Assembly (NCBI GenBank): GCA_963727445.1
Contig: CAVSGI010000010.1
Coordinates: 896,001-960,000, forward strand
Length of the DNA: 64,000 bases
Source of the DNA: an uncultured delta proteobacterium
GTDB taxonomy: Bacteria > Myxococcota_A > Polyangia > Polyangiales > B10-G4
Direction: 5' to 3'
Under the pieces are notes generated by a model, which did no database searches, had not been told where the DNA came from, and worked only from the letters and a program-made list of their open reading frames with translations. Position numbers and translations under genes: made by a program. Within the stretch, counting starts at the first letter, position 1. The number at the start of each line of letters is the position of its first letter. Positions 29,377 through 39,700 of the stretch are shown here, one piece after another.

Positions 29377-31644
29377 TCAGCGGCGACGCCGCCAGCTCAG
29401 ACCGAGGCCCAGGAGCGCGAACGCGAAGGCGATCGCGCCCGGAGCGCGGCGACCGCGAGAGCCGGGCGCGCTGCAGCCGCAGCCCCCATCGTCGCCGCCC
29501 GCGCCGGGGGTGCCGGCGTCATCACCGATCACCGCGCCGTCAGGCAGCGCCCCGTCGGGCAGCGCGCCGTCGGGCAGGGTGCCCCCGTCGGCCATCGGCG
29601 GCGGCGGCAGGTCGACCTCGATGTCGAGGGTGAGCTCGAGGTTGAAGGACACGTCACTCGAGCTCGCCGAAGCCTGTTTCACGATCGCCGAGACGATGTT
29701 CTGCCCCATCACGAAGGGCGCTCCGTCGGTGATGGGGATCTCCACCATGTCGGCGGTGTCCGCGTTGGCGGTCGCGTAGGCGGCGTAGTCGTTTCCGTCG
29801 GCGACGTTGAAGTTGGCGACCTCGACGCCGTTGACCCACACGACGACGCCGTCGTCGTAATGGACCCAGAGGCGCGCCGCCGTGACGGGGCCGGTGACGT
29901 CGATCCCGGTGCGGAAGAAGACGGTGGGGATGTTGGGGTCGGTGTCGTAGAGCACCGTCACGATGTCGGAATCGCCGTAGCCGAGCTCCGCCGGGCCGCT
30001 CATCCAGCCACCGAGCTCGGTGCGCCAGGACGCGCCCGGATCGCTTCCGTCATCGAGGTACTCCCAGATGCCGCCCATGGGGATGGCCACCACCTCGGCG
30101 CTGCCGCCGATCTCGAAGAGGCCGCTCGTCGACTCGTTGGTGGGATCGTCGGCATCGCTCACGCGCACCCGCGCCTCGGTCGTGCGGAACATCGGCAGAG
30201 TCCAGGTCTCGGCGCCGTCGTTCGCCGTCCGGTCCGCGATGGTCATCCAGGAGGCGCCGTCGTCGAGGGTGTACTCGAGGCGGACCTCGCTCGTGGCGCC
30301 CGTCGAGCCCCAGGCGATGTCGAGATCGGAGCCCGCGAGGAGGCTCTCGCCGCCCCGTGGGTTCAAGAGGAAGAGCCCCTCGCCTTTGGTGAGCACCACC
30401 TGGTCCGACGCCACACCGTCGTAGCGGATGTTGGTGACTGTCAGTGTGTCGGCGGTGACGTCCACCACGTTCGAGCCGTTTTCGAGCTCGCTCATGTACA
30501 TCACGGGATGGTCGGCGGAACCGCTGGTCCCCGTGCCGCCGTGGCCAGAGACGACGTAGATCGTTCCGTCCCCCACCTTCACGTAGGGCCCGTCGCCCAT
30601 GGGCCGACCGTCGGTCATGTCGAGGATGCCGGCGGCGGTGGTGGGCGTGTCGTAGGCGCCGTGCAGGAGATAGCTTCGCTCGTAGATGTGCGAATGACCG
30701 CCGAGCACCAGGTCCACGCCGGCGGCTTCGAGGATCGGGTTCACGTTCTCGCGCATGTCGACCAGCGCGCCTTCGGTGTCGGAGTTGTGGCTGCCGTGGG
30801 TGTAGGGGGGGTGATGCCAGTAGGCGATGAGCCAGTCCTGATCCGTCGCCGCCAGATCCATCTCGAGCCAGGTGAGCATCGGGTCACCGGGGTCGCGCCC
30901 GGATTGGTGCGAGTCGAGGACGACGAAGTGCACGCTGCCGTAGTCGAAGCTGTAATAGGCCTCGGTGCCGCTCGCGAGCCCGCCGGCCGAGGCGTCGGTG
31001 GGAAGCACGTAGGCGTCGTAGTAGGGACCGCTCTGGCTGGCGGAGTCCGAGGAGTGGCCCTCGTGGTTGCCCATGGCGGGCCAGCAGACCGTGTTCTTCA
31101 GGATGTCGGCGTAGGGCGCGAAGAAGTTGTCGTCGAACTCCGCCGTCGTCCCGTCGCTGTAAGCCATGTCGCCGACGTGGACGTAGATGTCGGGGCGCGC
31201 CGAGCCCGCCCAGCCGAGCATCGCGTCGCGCACCTGCGCCTGACGGCTGCCGCCGGTGCCGGAATCGCCGACCACCCAGAAGCGGAAGGGTCGCACCACG
31301 CCGGGGGTGGGCGCGGTCTGGAAGTACTGCGTCGCGTCGCCGCCGCCGGGCGGGGGGCAGGCGTCGTCGCTGAGCGCGTAGTAGTAGCGGGTGTCGGGCG
31401 ACAGGCCGGTGATGGGCACCTCGTGCTGAGTGCCGGCGCCGGCCGTGGCGCGGCTGGTGAGCGCGCCGCTCGAGGCGCCGTAACAGACGACGCTCGGACT
31501 GGAGGACGTTGTGCGCCAGACGACGTACATGCTGTCGTCGGCGCCCGACTGGAGGTAGGGGCCGCGGTCGATCTGAGCGAAGGCGGGGCCCGCGGCGCCG
31601 ACGATCGCAGCAGCGAAGAAGGCGAGGGCGAGGAGGCGGCTCAT
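29377..31644 (-). CDS. Secreted purple-acid-phosphatase-type metallophosphoesterase with MYXO-CTERM sorting tail
   Basis: RGPYLQ N-domain; GDSG, GDMAY, GNHE, WHHPPY and GHSH metal ligands; C-terminal GCGCSAPG-TM-RRRR. Confidence 0.92.
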   Translation of the reverse strand: MSRLLALAFFAAAIVGAAGPAFAQIDRGPYLQSGADDSMYVVWRTTSSSPSVVCYGASSGALTSRATAGAGTQHEVPITGLSPDTRYYYALSDDACPPPGGGDATQYFQTAPTPGVVRPFRFWVVGDSGTGGSRQAQVRDAMLGWAGSARPDIYVHVGDMAYSDGTTAEFDDNFFAPYADILKNTVCWPAMGNHEGHSSDSASQSGPYYDAYVLPTDASAGGLASGTEAYYSFDYGSVHFVVLDSHQSGRDPGDPMLTWLEMDLAATDQDWLIAYWHHPPYTHGSHNSDTEGALVDMRENVNPILEAAGVDLVLGGHSHIYERSYLLHGAYDTPTTAAGILDMTDGRPMGDGPYVKVGDGTIYVVSGHGGTGTSGSADHPVMYMSELENGSNVVDVTADTLTVTNIRYDGVASDQVVLTKGEGLFLLNPRGGESLLAGSDLDIAWGSTGATSEVRLEYTLDDGASWMTIADRTANDGAETWTLPMFRTTEARVRVSDADDPTNESTSGLFEIGGSAEVVAIPMGGIWEYLDDGSDPGASWRTELGGWMSGPAELGYGDSDIVTVLYDTDPNIPTVFFRTGIDVTGPVTAARLWVHYDDGVVVWVNGVEVANFNVADGNDYAAYATANADTADMVEIPITDGAPFVMGQNIVSAIVKQASASSSDVSFNLELTLDIEVDLPPPPMADGGTLPDGALPDGALPDGAVIGDDAGTPGAGGDDGGCGCSAPGSRGRRAPGAIAFAFALLGLGLSWRRRR

Positions 31645-32576
31645 CGCGCACCTCCCGTCTCGACGAGGTGTAAGAGGGTGCGCGCCTCGCTCAGCGCCGG
31701 GGCGCGTCGCACCACGCGCCGCAGATCGCTGCGGGCTTCGGCTTCGCGGCCGAGGGCGAGGAGCGCCCGCGCGCGTTCGAGGCGCGCGAGAGCCGAGCCG
31801 CGACGCGCGAGGACGCGCTCGGCGTCGGCGAGGGCGGCTTCGCGTTCGGCGCGCGCGAGGTCCGCGCGCCCCTGGGCCTCGTAGACGCGGGCGCGCATCA
31901 CGCGGAAGCGCGCGGTGGCGCGCGCCTGTCCGACGAGGGCGTCGGCATGCACCAGCGCGCGCTCGGGCTGGTGAAGCGCGAGGTGGAGCTCGATCAGCTC
32001 GGCGCGCAGGATCGCCGGGCCGGCCAGGATCTGTACGCCCGCTTCGTATCCGGAGATCGCATCCTCGAAACGTCCCGCGAAGACCTGCAGTCGACCGCGC
32101 GCGAGATAGAGACCGACGTCGTCACGGAGGGCGAGGGATGCATCGTAGGCCTCGACCGCTTCGTCGACGCGTCCAGCCTCCTCGTGAATGCGTGCGACGA
32201 TCGCGTTCGCCTCCGCCCGGTCCGCGTCGTTCATCGACGAGAGCGCGGACTCGAGGAGGCGAAGCGCGTGAGCTTCGTGGCCGAGGTCGACGTCGATGCG
32301 CGCACGCACGAGGTAGACCTTCGAGGTGTCTTCGGCCGTCGCCTCCGCGAGGGCGAGGTCGTCGAGCGCTTCGTCGTAACGCGCCGCGCGGCGCAAGAGG
32401 TCGGCGCGCCGCAACAGGAGCGACGCGTCTTGAGGCGCGACCTCGAGGCGCTGGCTGAGGGCCTCGATCTCCCGCTCGATCCCCGGATCAGCCGCGGCAG
32501 TCGTCGAAATGGCGCTCGCCCCCACGAGACACAGCGCCGCCAGCCCAGGCAGACCTGGGACCCTCCCTACCCACAT
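31641..32576 (-). CDS. Secreted TPR protein
   Basis: Signal peptide and multiple TPR-like helices; ATGA overlap with the phosphatase. Confidence 0.75.
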   Translation of the reverse strand: MWVGRVPGLPGLAALCLVGASAISTTAAADPGIEREIEALSQRLEVAPQDASLLLRRADLLRRAARYDEALDDLALAEATAEDTSKVYLVRARIDVDLGHEAHALRLLESALSSMNDADRAEANAIVARIHEEAGRVDEAVEAYDASLALRDDVGLYLARGRLQVFAGRFEDAISGYEAGVQILAGPAILRAELIELHLALHQPERALVHADALVGQARATARFRVMRARVYEAQGRADLARAEREAALADAERVLARRGSALARLERARALLALGREAEARSDLRRVVRRAPALSEARTLLHLVETGGAR

Positions 32577-32648
32577 CCCCCGAGCCTACCCCGGGCTGCG
32601 ACCGAAAAAAATCGAGGCTCAGCCTTGACCCGCGCCACCCACGTGTTA

Positions 32649-32668
32649 CGGAATGACTGTTCATTCCG
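32649..32668. promoter_or_regulatory. TetR operator (perfect inverted repeat CGGAATGA-CTGT-TCATTCCG)
   Basis: Palindrome directly before the TetR ATG at 32671, downstream of a TTGACC -35-like hexamer (32625-32630); second copy before the SDR gene. Confidence 0.75.
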
Positions 32669-32670
32669 AA

Positions 32671-33255
32671 ATGGCCGACGGCAGCAGCAATACGCGGGGC
32701 GACAAGAAGGAGCGCATCTTGGATGCAGCGCTCTCCCTCTTTGCGACCTTCGGTTTTCACGGCACGGCGGTGCCGGCCATCGCCAAGAAGGCCGGTGTGG
32801 GCGCGGGCACGATCTATCGCTACTTCGAGAGCAAGGAAGCGTTGGTCAACGAGCTCTTCCGACGCGAAAAGCAGCAGATCCTGGCCGTGATCATGGGGCA
32901 ATTCCCAGTGGACGCCCCCCCACGGGACCAGTTTCACTACTTCGTCCAGGCGGTCGTGCGCTACGCGAGAGAGAACCGTGACTCCTTTCAGTTCCTCGAG
33001 CATCACCACCACGCCCCCTACCTGGACGACAAGAGCTGCGCGGTCGAAAAGCGCGTGATCATGCTGGTGAACTCCTTTCTGGAGCACACCAGCCAAGCCA
33101 AGGTCACGAAGCCCGTCTCCGCCGGGATCCTGATGAGCATCGTCTGGGGAGCCCTGATCCACCTGCTCAAGGACCAGTGGGCAGGACAACTGGAGCTCGA
33201 CGAGCAAGCCCTCTCCGACGTGGAGCGGGTCCTCTGGGAAGCGATTCGCCTCTGA
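32671..33255 (+). CDS. TetR/AcrR family transcriptional regulator
   Basis: ILDAAL.LF...GFHGTAV..IAKKAGVGAGTIYRYFESKE HTH; start at 32671 or 32653. Confidence 0.95.
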   Translation: MADGSSNTRGDKKERILDAALSLFATFGFHGTAVPAIAKKAGVGAGTIYRYFESKEALVNELFRREKQQILAVIMGQFPVDAPPRDQFHYFVQAVVRYARENRDSFQFLEHHHHAPYLDDKSCAVEKRVIMLVNSFLEHTSQAKVTKPVSAGILMSIVWGALIHLLKDQWAGQLELDEQALSDVERVLWEAIRL

Positions 33256-33305
33256 TTTCCCCCTTTTGGAGTTCGCGGGGGAGATCGTAGCCCCTCGCTC
33301 GTAGA

Positions 33306-33325
33306 CAGAACGAACATTCATTCCG
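33306..33325. promoter_or_regulatory. Second TetR operator (CAGAACGA-ACAT-TCATTCCG)
   Basis: Right half-site identical to the first operator, left half 6/8; 14 nt upstream of the SDR ATG. Confidence 0.7.
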
Positions 33326-33339
33326 CGAGAGAGAAGAAC

Positions 33340-34206
33340 ATGACTCAGAAGACCATCCTCATCACGGGCGCGACCTCGGGCATCGGCAAGGACGCCGCTC
33401 TCCACCTTCATGAAAAGGGCCACCGCGTCATCGCCACCGGCCGCAACGAGCAGGCGCTGGCCGAGCTGAACGAGGCCGGCCTCATCGCGCGCCGCCTCGA
33501 CGTCACCGATCCCGAGTCCATCCGCTCCCTCGCCGCCGAGGTCGATCGCATCACCGAAGGCGAAGGCCCCGACGCCCTCGTGAACAACGCGGGCTACGGC
33601 CTCCTCGGTCCCCTCGAGGTGCTCTCCGAAGAGGACGTTCGCGCGCAGTTCGAGACCAACGTCTTCGGTCTCCTCGCCGTCACCCGCACCTTCATCCCCA
33701 AGATGCGCGCGCGCGGCGCGGGACGCATCGTGAACATCAGCAGCGTCGGCGGCCGCATCAGCTTCCCCTTCGGCGGCGCCTACCACGCGACCAAGTACGC
33801 GGTCGAAGCCATGAGCGACGCGCTCCGGATCGAGCTGAAGCAGTTCGGCATCGGCGTGGTGCTCATCGAGCCCGGCTACATCCGCACCAACTTCGCCTCC
33901 ACCACGCTCGACCTGCTCGACCCCTACCGGGACGAGAGCTCTCCGTACGCGGCCTCCTACGCGCTCACCGAAGGCATCGAGGCGAAGCTCGACCGCCTCG
34001 GCGCGGAGCCGCGCGTCGTGTCGAAGGCGATCGCCCACGCCATCGAAAGCCGCCGCCCGCGCGCCCGTTACGTGACGCCCGGCTTCAACATCCTCGGCGT
34101 GTGGTCCAACCTCTTCCTGCCCACGGGTCTCGTCGATCGCTTCCTCGCCCGCGTCTTCGGTCTCAGGCGCCGCCCCGCCCTCGCGGCGAACGCCAGCGCC
34201 GCCTGA
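33340..34206 (+). CDS. Short-chain dehydrogenase/reductase
   Basis: TGATSGIG, NNAG, NISS and YHATK catalytic motif. Confidence 0.95.
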   Translation: MTQKTILITGATSGIGKDAALHLHEKGHRVIATGRNEQALAELNEAGLIARRLDVTDPESIRSLAAEVDRITEGEGPDALVNNAGYGLLGPLEVLSEEDVRAQFETNVFGLLAVTRTFIPKMRARGAGRIVNISSVGGRISFPFGGAYHATKYAVEAMSDALRIELKQFGIGVVLIEPGYIRTNFASTTLDLLDPYRDESSPYAASYALTEGIEAKLDRLGAEPRVVSKAIAHAIESRRPRARYVTPGFNILGVWSNLFLPTGLVDRFLARVFGLRRRPALAANASAA

Positions 34207-34236
34207 GCCCGCCGACCCGACCCGTGGGCTGTTCGC

Positions 34237-35091
34237 TCAACCGATGAGGGCGCGATAGCCCTCACGATAGGTCGGATAGCGGAAGTGGAAGCCCGACTCG
34301 ACGAGTCGCTCGCTCATCGCGCGCACGTTCGAATCGGGCTTCGCGCTTCCGTCGACCGGCGGGATCTCCTTGCCCTGGCGCTCGGCGAGCCAGTCGAGGA
34401 CGTCGAGGCGGCGCGCGGGCTCGCGATCGCAGAGCAGGTAGAGCTTCTCGGGCCGCTTGGCGGTCGCGAGATGGACCGTCGCTTCGACGGCGTCGTGACG
34501 GTGGATGAGGTTGGTGTGAGCGAGAGGCGCGGGGACCGGCGGGGCGCGATCGCGAAAGGCCGCGGCGAGGCCCGGACGGTCCGGACCGTAGAGCTCGCCG
34601 AGACGCAGGACGGTCGAGGGGACCATGGCTTCCAAAAGCGCGCGCTCCCCCGCGAGGAGCGCCTCGGCGGCCTTGCTCACCGCTGCTTCGCCGAGCGATG
34701 AATCCTCGTCGACCCACTCGCCGTCGCGGTCGCCGTAGACCTCGATGCTGCTGCCGAAGACGAAGCGCGAGAGGCGAATGCGCTTCGCGCGGAACGCCTC
34801 GAGGAGCCGCGCCGGGCCGGTGGTGAGGGTCCCGCGGAGCGTCTCGGGCTCCTCGCTTCGCGGCCGCACCAGGTACAGGACGACGTCGACGTCGGGGATG
34901 CGGCGGAAGGTGTTGGGGATGGTGACGTCGCCCTCGACCGGATTGACGTTCACGGGGAGCTTCGAGGGATCGCGCGCGAGACCCCACACGCCGTGACCCA
35001 TGGCCGCGAGGCGAACGCCGACCGCGGCGCCCAGGTAGCCGCAGCCCACGATCAAAAAGCGCGCGCGCGTGTGTGACGTGCGTCCGGCCAC
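34237..35091 (-). CDS. NAD-dependent epimerase/dehydratase (atypical SDR)
   Basis: GCGYLG, SS..VYGD.DGEWVDE, TNLIHRHD and FRYPTYREG motifs. Confidence 0.88.
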   Translation of the reverse strand: MAGRTSHTRARFLIVGCGYLGAAVGVRLAAMGHGVWGLARDPSKLPVNVNPVEGDVTIPNTFRRIPDVDVVLYLVRPRSEEPETLRGTLTTGPARLLEAFRAKRIRLSRFVFGSSIEVYGDRDGEWVDEDSSLGEAAVSKAAEALLAGERALLEAMVPSTVLRLGELYGPDRPGLAAAFRDRAPPVPAPLAHTNLIHRHDAVEATVHLATAKRPEKLYLLCDREPARRLDVLDWLAERQGKEIPPVDGSAKPDSNVRAMSERLVESGFHFRYPTYREGYRALIG

Positions 35092-35302
35092 GCGCGGAGG
35101 CTACCACCCCCTTTCTGGTCATCCCGCGTCCACCCCGCGCGGAATGTTTCCGACGCGGCGTGTGCGTCTGATCACGCTTCGTGATCTTGCCGCGGTGTGT
35201 CGTGAGAGCACGCACGTCGTCCGCTTAATTCTGTGGGGTCACGTACATGTAGGTTCCCCCCGCGCTCGCAGTGGAGAGCGTCTCCCCCGAGAAAAGGTGA
35301 CC

Positions 35303-36754
35303 ATGCTCCGCTGTCCTCCCTCCGTGAGCGCGATTGCGCTCTTCGCGACGCTCGCGTTCGCCTCCCTTCCCGCTTCCGTCAGCGCTCAGATCACGGACGC
35401 TGCCGCCCTCGACGCCGCCTTGAGCGCCGCGAGCGCCGGTGACGTCGTCGTGTTCGGCGGCCACATCGTCGGCGACTTCCTCGTCCCGGGGGGCGTCACG
35501 CTCCGCGGCGCGGACGAAGCCGTCCTCGAAGGCTCGGGCGTCGGCACGGCGTTGACCGTCACCCCCGGTGGCGGCACGCCCACCACGCTCGATCACTTCA
35601 AGATCGTCACCGACGGGCGCTACGGCATCTGGGTCAGCGGGGCGGGCGCCACGAACATCGAAGACGTGATGATCTCGGCCACGCGCGGCGTGGGGATCGG
35701 CGCGGAGGACACGGACGCGCTGGCGCTCACGGACGTGCGCCTCACGGGTCCGATCACCGGCGACAACGAGGCCACCGTGCCCGCCGACGCCTCGCCCTAC
35801 GACTGGCCGACCCACGGGATCATCCTCCTCGCGGTGGACGACGCCGCCCTCGACGGCGTGACCTCCACCGGCTTCGCCCAAGCGGGCGCGATCATCGCGG
35901 GCTCGACGACCGCGGTCTGGTCCTCGCGCTTCGACCGCAACGTCGGCACCGGCCTGGTGATCGCGGGCGGTGACACCACCCTCGACGACGTGACGGCGAG
36001 CGGCACCTTCCGCGGGGCGCGCGCCATCGACGAGCGCGCGGCGGGCATCGCCATCGGCGGCGACGCCAACGTCACCTCGACCCGCACCCGCGTCATCCAG
36101 AACGACGGCTTCGGCCTCTTCCACGACGGCAGCGGCATCGTCGACCACGCCCAGCTCGCGGCGCTGTCGAACGAAGAGGGCGGCATCTGGACGCAGAACG
36201 CCGAGTACGTCGGCCTCGAGAGCGCGGCGGTGAGCGGCAACAAGAGCACCGGCATCGTCGCCATCGACACGACCTACACGATGCTCTCCGACGTCCACGT
36301 CATCGGCACCAGCCCGGCGAGCGTCGGCGGCGGCCCCGCCCTCGCGGACGGCATCGACCTCATCGCCACCGACGCCACCGTCGACGGCGCCGAGCTCCGC
36401 GCCAACGACCGCATCGGCCTCCTCGCGGCCCTCGGCCCGAGCCAGGCCACCTTCGACATCGCCCTCAGCGACGTCCTCGTCGCCGGCCGCAGCTACTCCC
36501 TCGGCGTCATCTTCCAGCGCGGCGACTCGCTCATCAAGGACGGCTCCTCGTCCGATGGCGTGACGAAGCTGGGGACGGTCGCGCGGAACGATGGGTTGTT
36601 GGAGGGGGTGCTGGCGTTGGTGGGGATCACTGAACCGCCCAGCGCTCTCCCAAGCGCGATCGATTTGGTCGGAATCACCGAGCCGCCAAGCGCTCTCCCT
36701 GCGATCGACCAGGTGATTTTCGGTGATCTTCTGATCACCGACGGTCCATTCTAG
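35303..36754 (+). CDS. Secreted right-handed parallel beta-helix protein
   Basis: Signal peptide ending SAQ; LDAAL.AA.AGDVV cap; repeated N..xGI turns; C-terminal duplicated LVGITEPPSALP. Confidence 0.75.
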   Translation: MLRCPPSVSAIALFATLAFASLPASVSAQITDAAALDAALSAASAGDVVVFGGHIVGDFLVPGGVTLRGADEAVLEGSGVGTALTVTPGGGTPTTLDHFKIVTDGRYGIWVSGAGATNIEDVMISATRGVGIGAEDTDALALTDVRLTGPITGDNEATVPADASPYDWPTHGIILLAVDDAALDGVTSTGFAQAGAIIAGSTTAVWSSRFDRNVGTGLVIAGGDTTLDDVTASGTFRGARAIDERAAGIAIGGDANVTSTRTRVIQNDGFGLFHDGSGIVDHAQLAALSNEEGGIWTQNAEYVGLESAAVSGNKSTGIVAIDTTYTMLSDVHVIGTSPASVGGGPALADGIDLIATDATVDGAELRANDRIGLLAALGPSQATFDIALSDVLVAGRSYSLGVIFQRGDSLIKDGSSSDGVTKLGTVARNDGLLEGVLALVGITEPPSALPSAIDLVGITEPPSALPAIDQVIFGDLLITDGPF

Positions 36755-39700
36755 TCAACTGGCCTCCATCAACGCGCGGTTGATAGGAGCGGCGAGAAAT
36801 CGATCGCGCGCGGCTTCACTACTGATGCCGAGCGTGTGATCAGCCACTATCTGTCGCCCCCGCTCGAATGCATCTCTTGCTTCGTCATGTCTTCCTGCGG
36901 CCGCAAGTGCTCGTCCATGCGCGAGATAGAGCTCGGTTTCTCCATCGTCCAGGCCTCCGACCTCGTCTCGAAGCGCGATCCCACGCGCAGCCAGATCAAC
37001 GGCGGCTTTGACGTCAGAGCGCGCGAGGCTCGCGGCGGACAACACCGCAAAGGTCGCGGCGACACGTGCCTTCAGACCGTGGGCTTCAGCCAGCTCTCGT
37101 GCGGCCTCCGCTGCCGCAATTGCGTCAGACCATTGGGCCCTGCGGAGACGCAACCGTGCCAGGCAGAGGAGCGCGGACGCCTCTAGGGAGACGTTGGGCG
37201 CGTCCCTACCGATGGAGCGGGCGGCCTGCAAGAGTTGGCCAGCCTCCTCCCACGACCCCACACCCGTCATTGTGATGCCGAGATTCAGCGTGGCCCACCC
37301 TTCAGAAACCCGATTCCCAACGCGCTGACAGTCCTCAATCGCTCTTCGCAGTGCAGGCGCAGCTTCATCGAACGCGCACAGCTTGTTGTAGACATCCGCC
37401 AGATTGGCGCGCGCGCGCGCTGCACGCTGCAGATCGCCGTTGTTTTCGTGCAGCGTCAGCGCAGAGCGGTGAAACTGCTCCTCCTCGGAGAACCTGCCCT
37501 GCGTACTTGCCAAGTAACCACGGAGCTCCATCACCCACCCGGCAAGTGGCGAGCCTGAGGGCGCCGCGTGCTCCGCATCGACGACATCCTTCTCCGCTGC
37601 CCCAAGCTCGCCGCGCGTCACGCGCACCGTTGCCCGCCGAAGCAGCGCCCGCACCACAGTCTCAGCGTCCCGTCCCTTCTCCCCCAGCGCCACAGCCCAC
37701 GCCAGTTCTTCGATGGCCTCCTCACTCTTGCCGCTCACCAAATAGTCATGTCCTCGCTCGCTGTGCACCCGCGCCTTCTCCCGATCGCTCTGCGCGCATT
37801 CCATCGCGTCTTCGAGCTCGCGCAGCGCCTCCGGCACCAGCCCCCGGAACGTGAGCGCATTCGCCCGCGCCATCCGCAGCTCGAAGCGCGTGCCTTCACG
37901 CACGCCGAAGGCGAGCGCCTTTTCGCTCCACGCCTCGACGCCCTTCACGTCGCCCTTGCGGCTCGCTTCGAGCGCGGCGGCGGCGTACTTGTCCGCGGCC
38001 TTGCCGCGCTCGCCGCCCTTGTCGAAGTGGACAGCGAGCTCTTCGGGGCTCGCTTCGCCGAGATACTCGAGGACCTCGGCGGCGCGGCGGTGGAGCTCGG
38101 CGCGCTGGTCGCGGGCGAGCATGGCGTAGGCCACCTCGCCGACGATGCCGACGCGGAAGCGATACTGCCTTGCCTTGCCGACGCGCTCGGCGGCGCGGGC
38201 GGAGACGATGCCGCGGCGGGCGAGGGACTCGAGGAGGATGGCGGCGTCGGGGACGCCGAGCTCTTCGAGCTCGTCGACGGAGAAGGGGCGGCCGAGGACC
38301 GAGGCGTAGCGGCAGAGGGTCTTTTCGAGCGGCGGCAGGTGGTCGAGTCGCGACTGGACGGCGGCCTCGACGGTGAGCGGGAGCGGCAGGTCCTTCTCGG
38401 TGCCCTGGTCGAAGTCGCGGGAGAGGAGCTCGGCGATGGTCTGCTCGACGAAGAGGGGGTTACCGCCGCAGCGCTCGGTGACGCGGTCGATGAGCGCGTC
38501 GTCGAGCGGCCGCCGCGCGAGGGCGTTCGCCATCTCGGCTACGTCGGCGCGAAGGAGCGGCCGCGGCTCGATGCGCAACACGCCCTGCGACTTCAGATAC
38601 TCCGGTCGCGCCTCGTCGATCCACGGCCGCGCCGTCAGGAACACGAGGAAGGGCGTGTCGCGGAGGTAGTCGACCAGCTCCTCGACCACGTCGAGGGTCG
38701 CGTCGTCGGACCACTGGATGTCCTCGAGCGCCAGCGCCAGCGGCCCCTTCGCCGAGAGCCCGGCGAAGAAGTCGCGCACCGCGAGGCGGATCCGGTCGGC
38801 CATGACCCGGGGATCGCTTCGCGCCGCCGCGAGCCCCGGAGCGTCCCCGAAGTCCACCGCCAGGAGCTCACCGAGGAAGGGCGCCGTCTCCTCGATGCGC
38901 AGCGGATCGGCGATCGCGCTCTCGGTCAGCGCGCGCACGGCCTCGCGCCGCTCGTCGATCGGCGCCTCGGGATCGATCCGTGCCCCCTCGGTGACGATGC
39001 GCGCGTGCCGCCTCAACGCGGCGCCCATGAGCGAAAAGGCGCTCGACTTCCCGAGCGTGTCGCCCCGGGCGAAGAGGACCGTCGCGCTTTCTTCGCGCTC
39101 GGCGAGGCGCGCCTGCATCTCCTCGCGGAGGCGGCTCTTTCCGATGCCCGTCGGCCCGACCACCATCACCGCCGAGGCGCGCCGCCCCTCGAAGACCTCG
39201 CGCAGGGCGTGGTCGATCTGGGCGAGCTCCATCTGGCGGCCGACGAAGGGCGGCGCCACCGCCGGCTCGACGAGCTTCGGCGCGAGCGCGTCAGCCACGA
39301 CGTCGGGCACCGGCGGCAGGAGCGAGTCGCGATACGCCCCCGCCCGCTCCGTCACGGGCGCGCGCGGCGCGATCGGTGTGGGCCGCCGCGGCGCGCCCAC
39401 CTCGAGGAAGCCGTTGCCCAACGTGTACGTGGCGAAGCCTTCGCCGAGCAGCTTCGCCGAGCGCTCGTCGATGACCACGCCCGCCGCATTCAGGTTCGCG
39501 CCGCGCTCCGCGTGCGCCAGCGCCTCGCCGCTGATCCCCGCGCCGTGCCCCGTCGCGTGCCCCGCCGCGACCACCATCGACGACACCGCGTCGCGCGCCT
39601 CGAGGGCGGCCTCCACCGCGCGCCCCAGCTCGTCTCCCTCCCAGGCCTCGCCGCCGAAGAGCCCGACGGCGCGCTTCGCGTAGAGCGGCAGGTACTGCCC

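Noticed and set aside
36560..37870. Diversity-generating retroelement as the cause of the atypical C-terminal region
   Set aside because: No reverse transcriptase and no template/variable repeat pair seen in the window.
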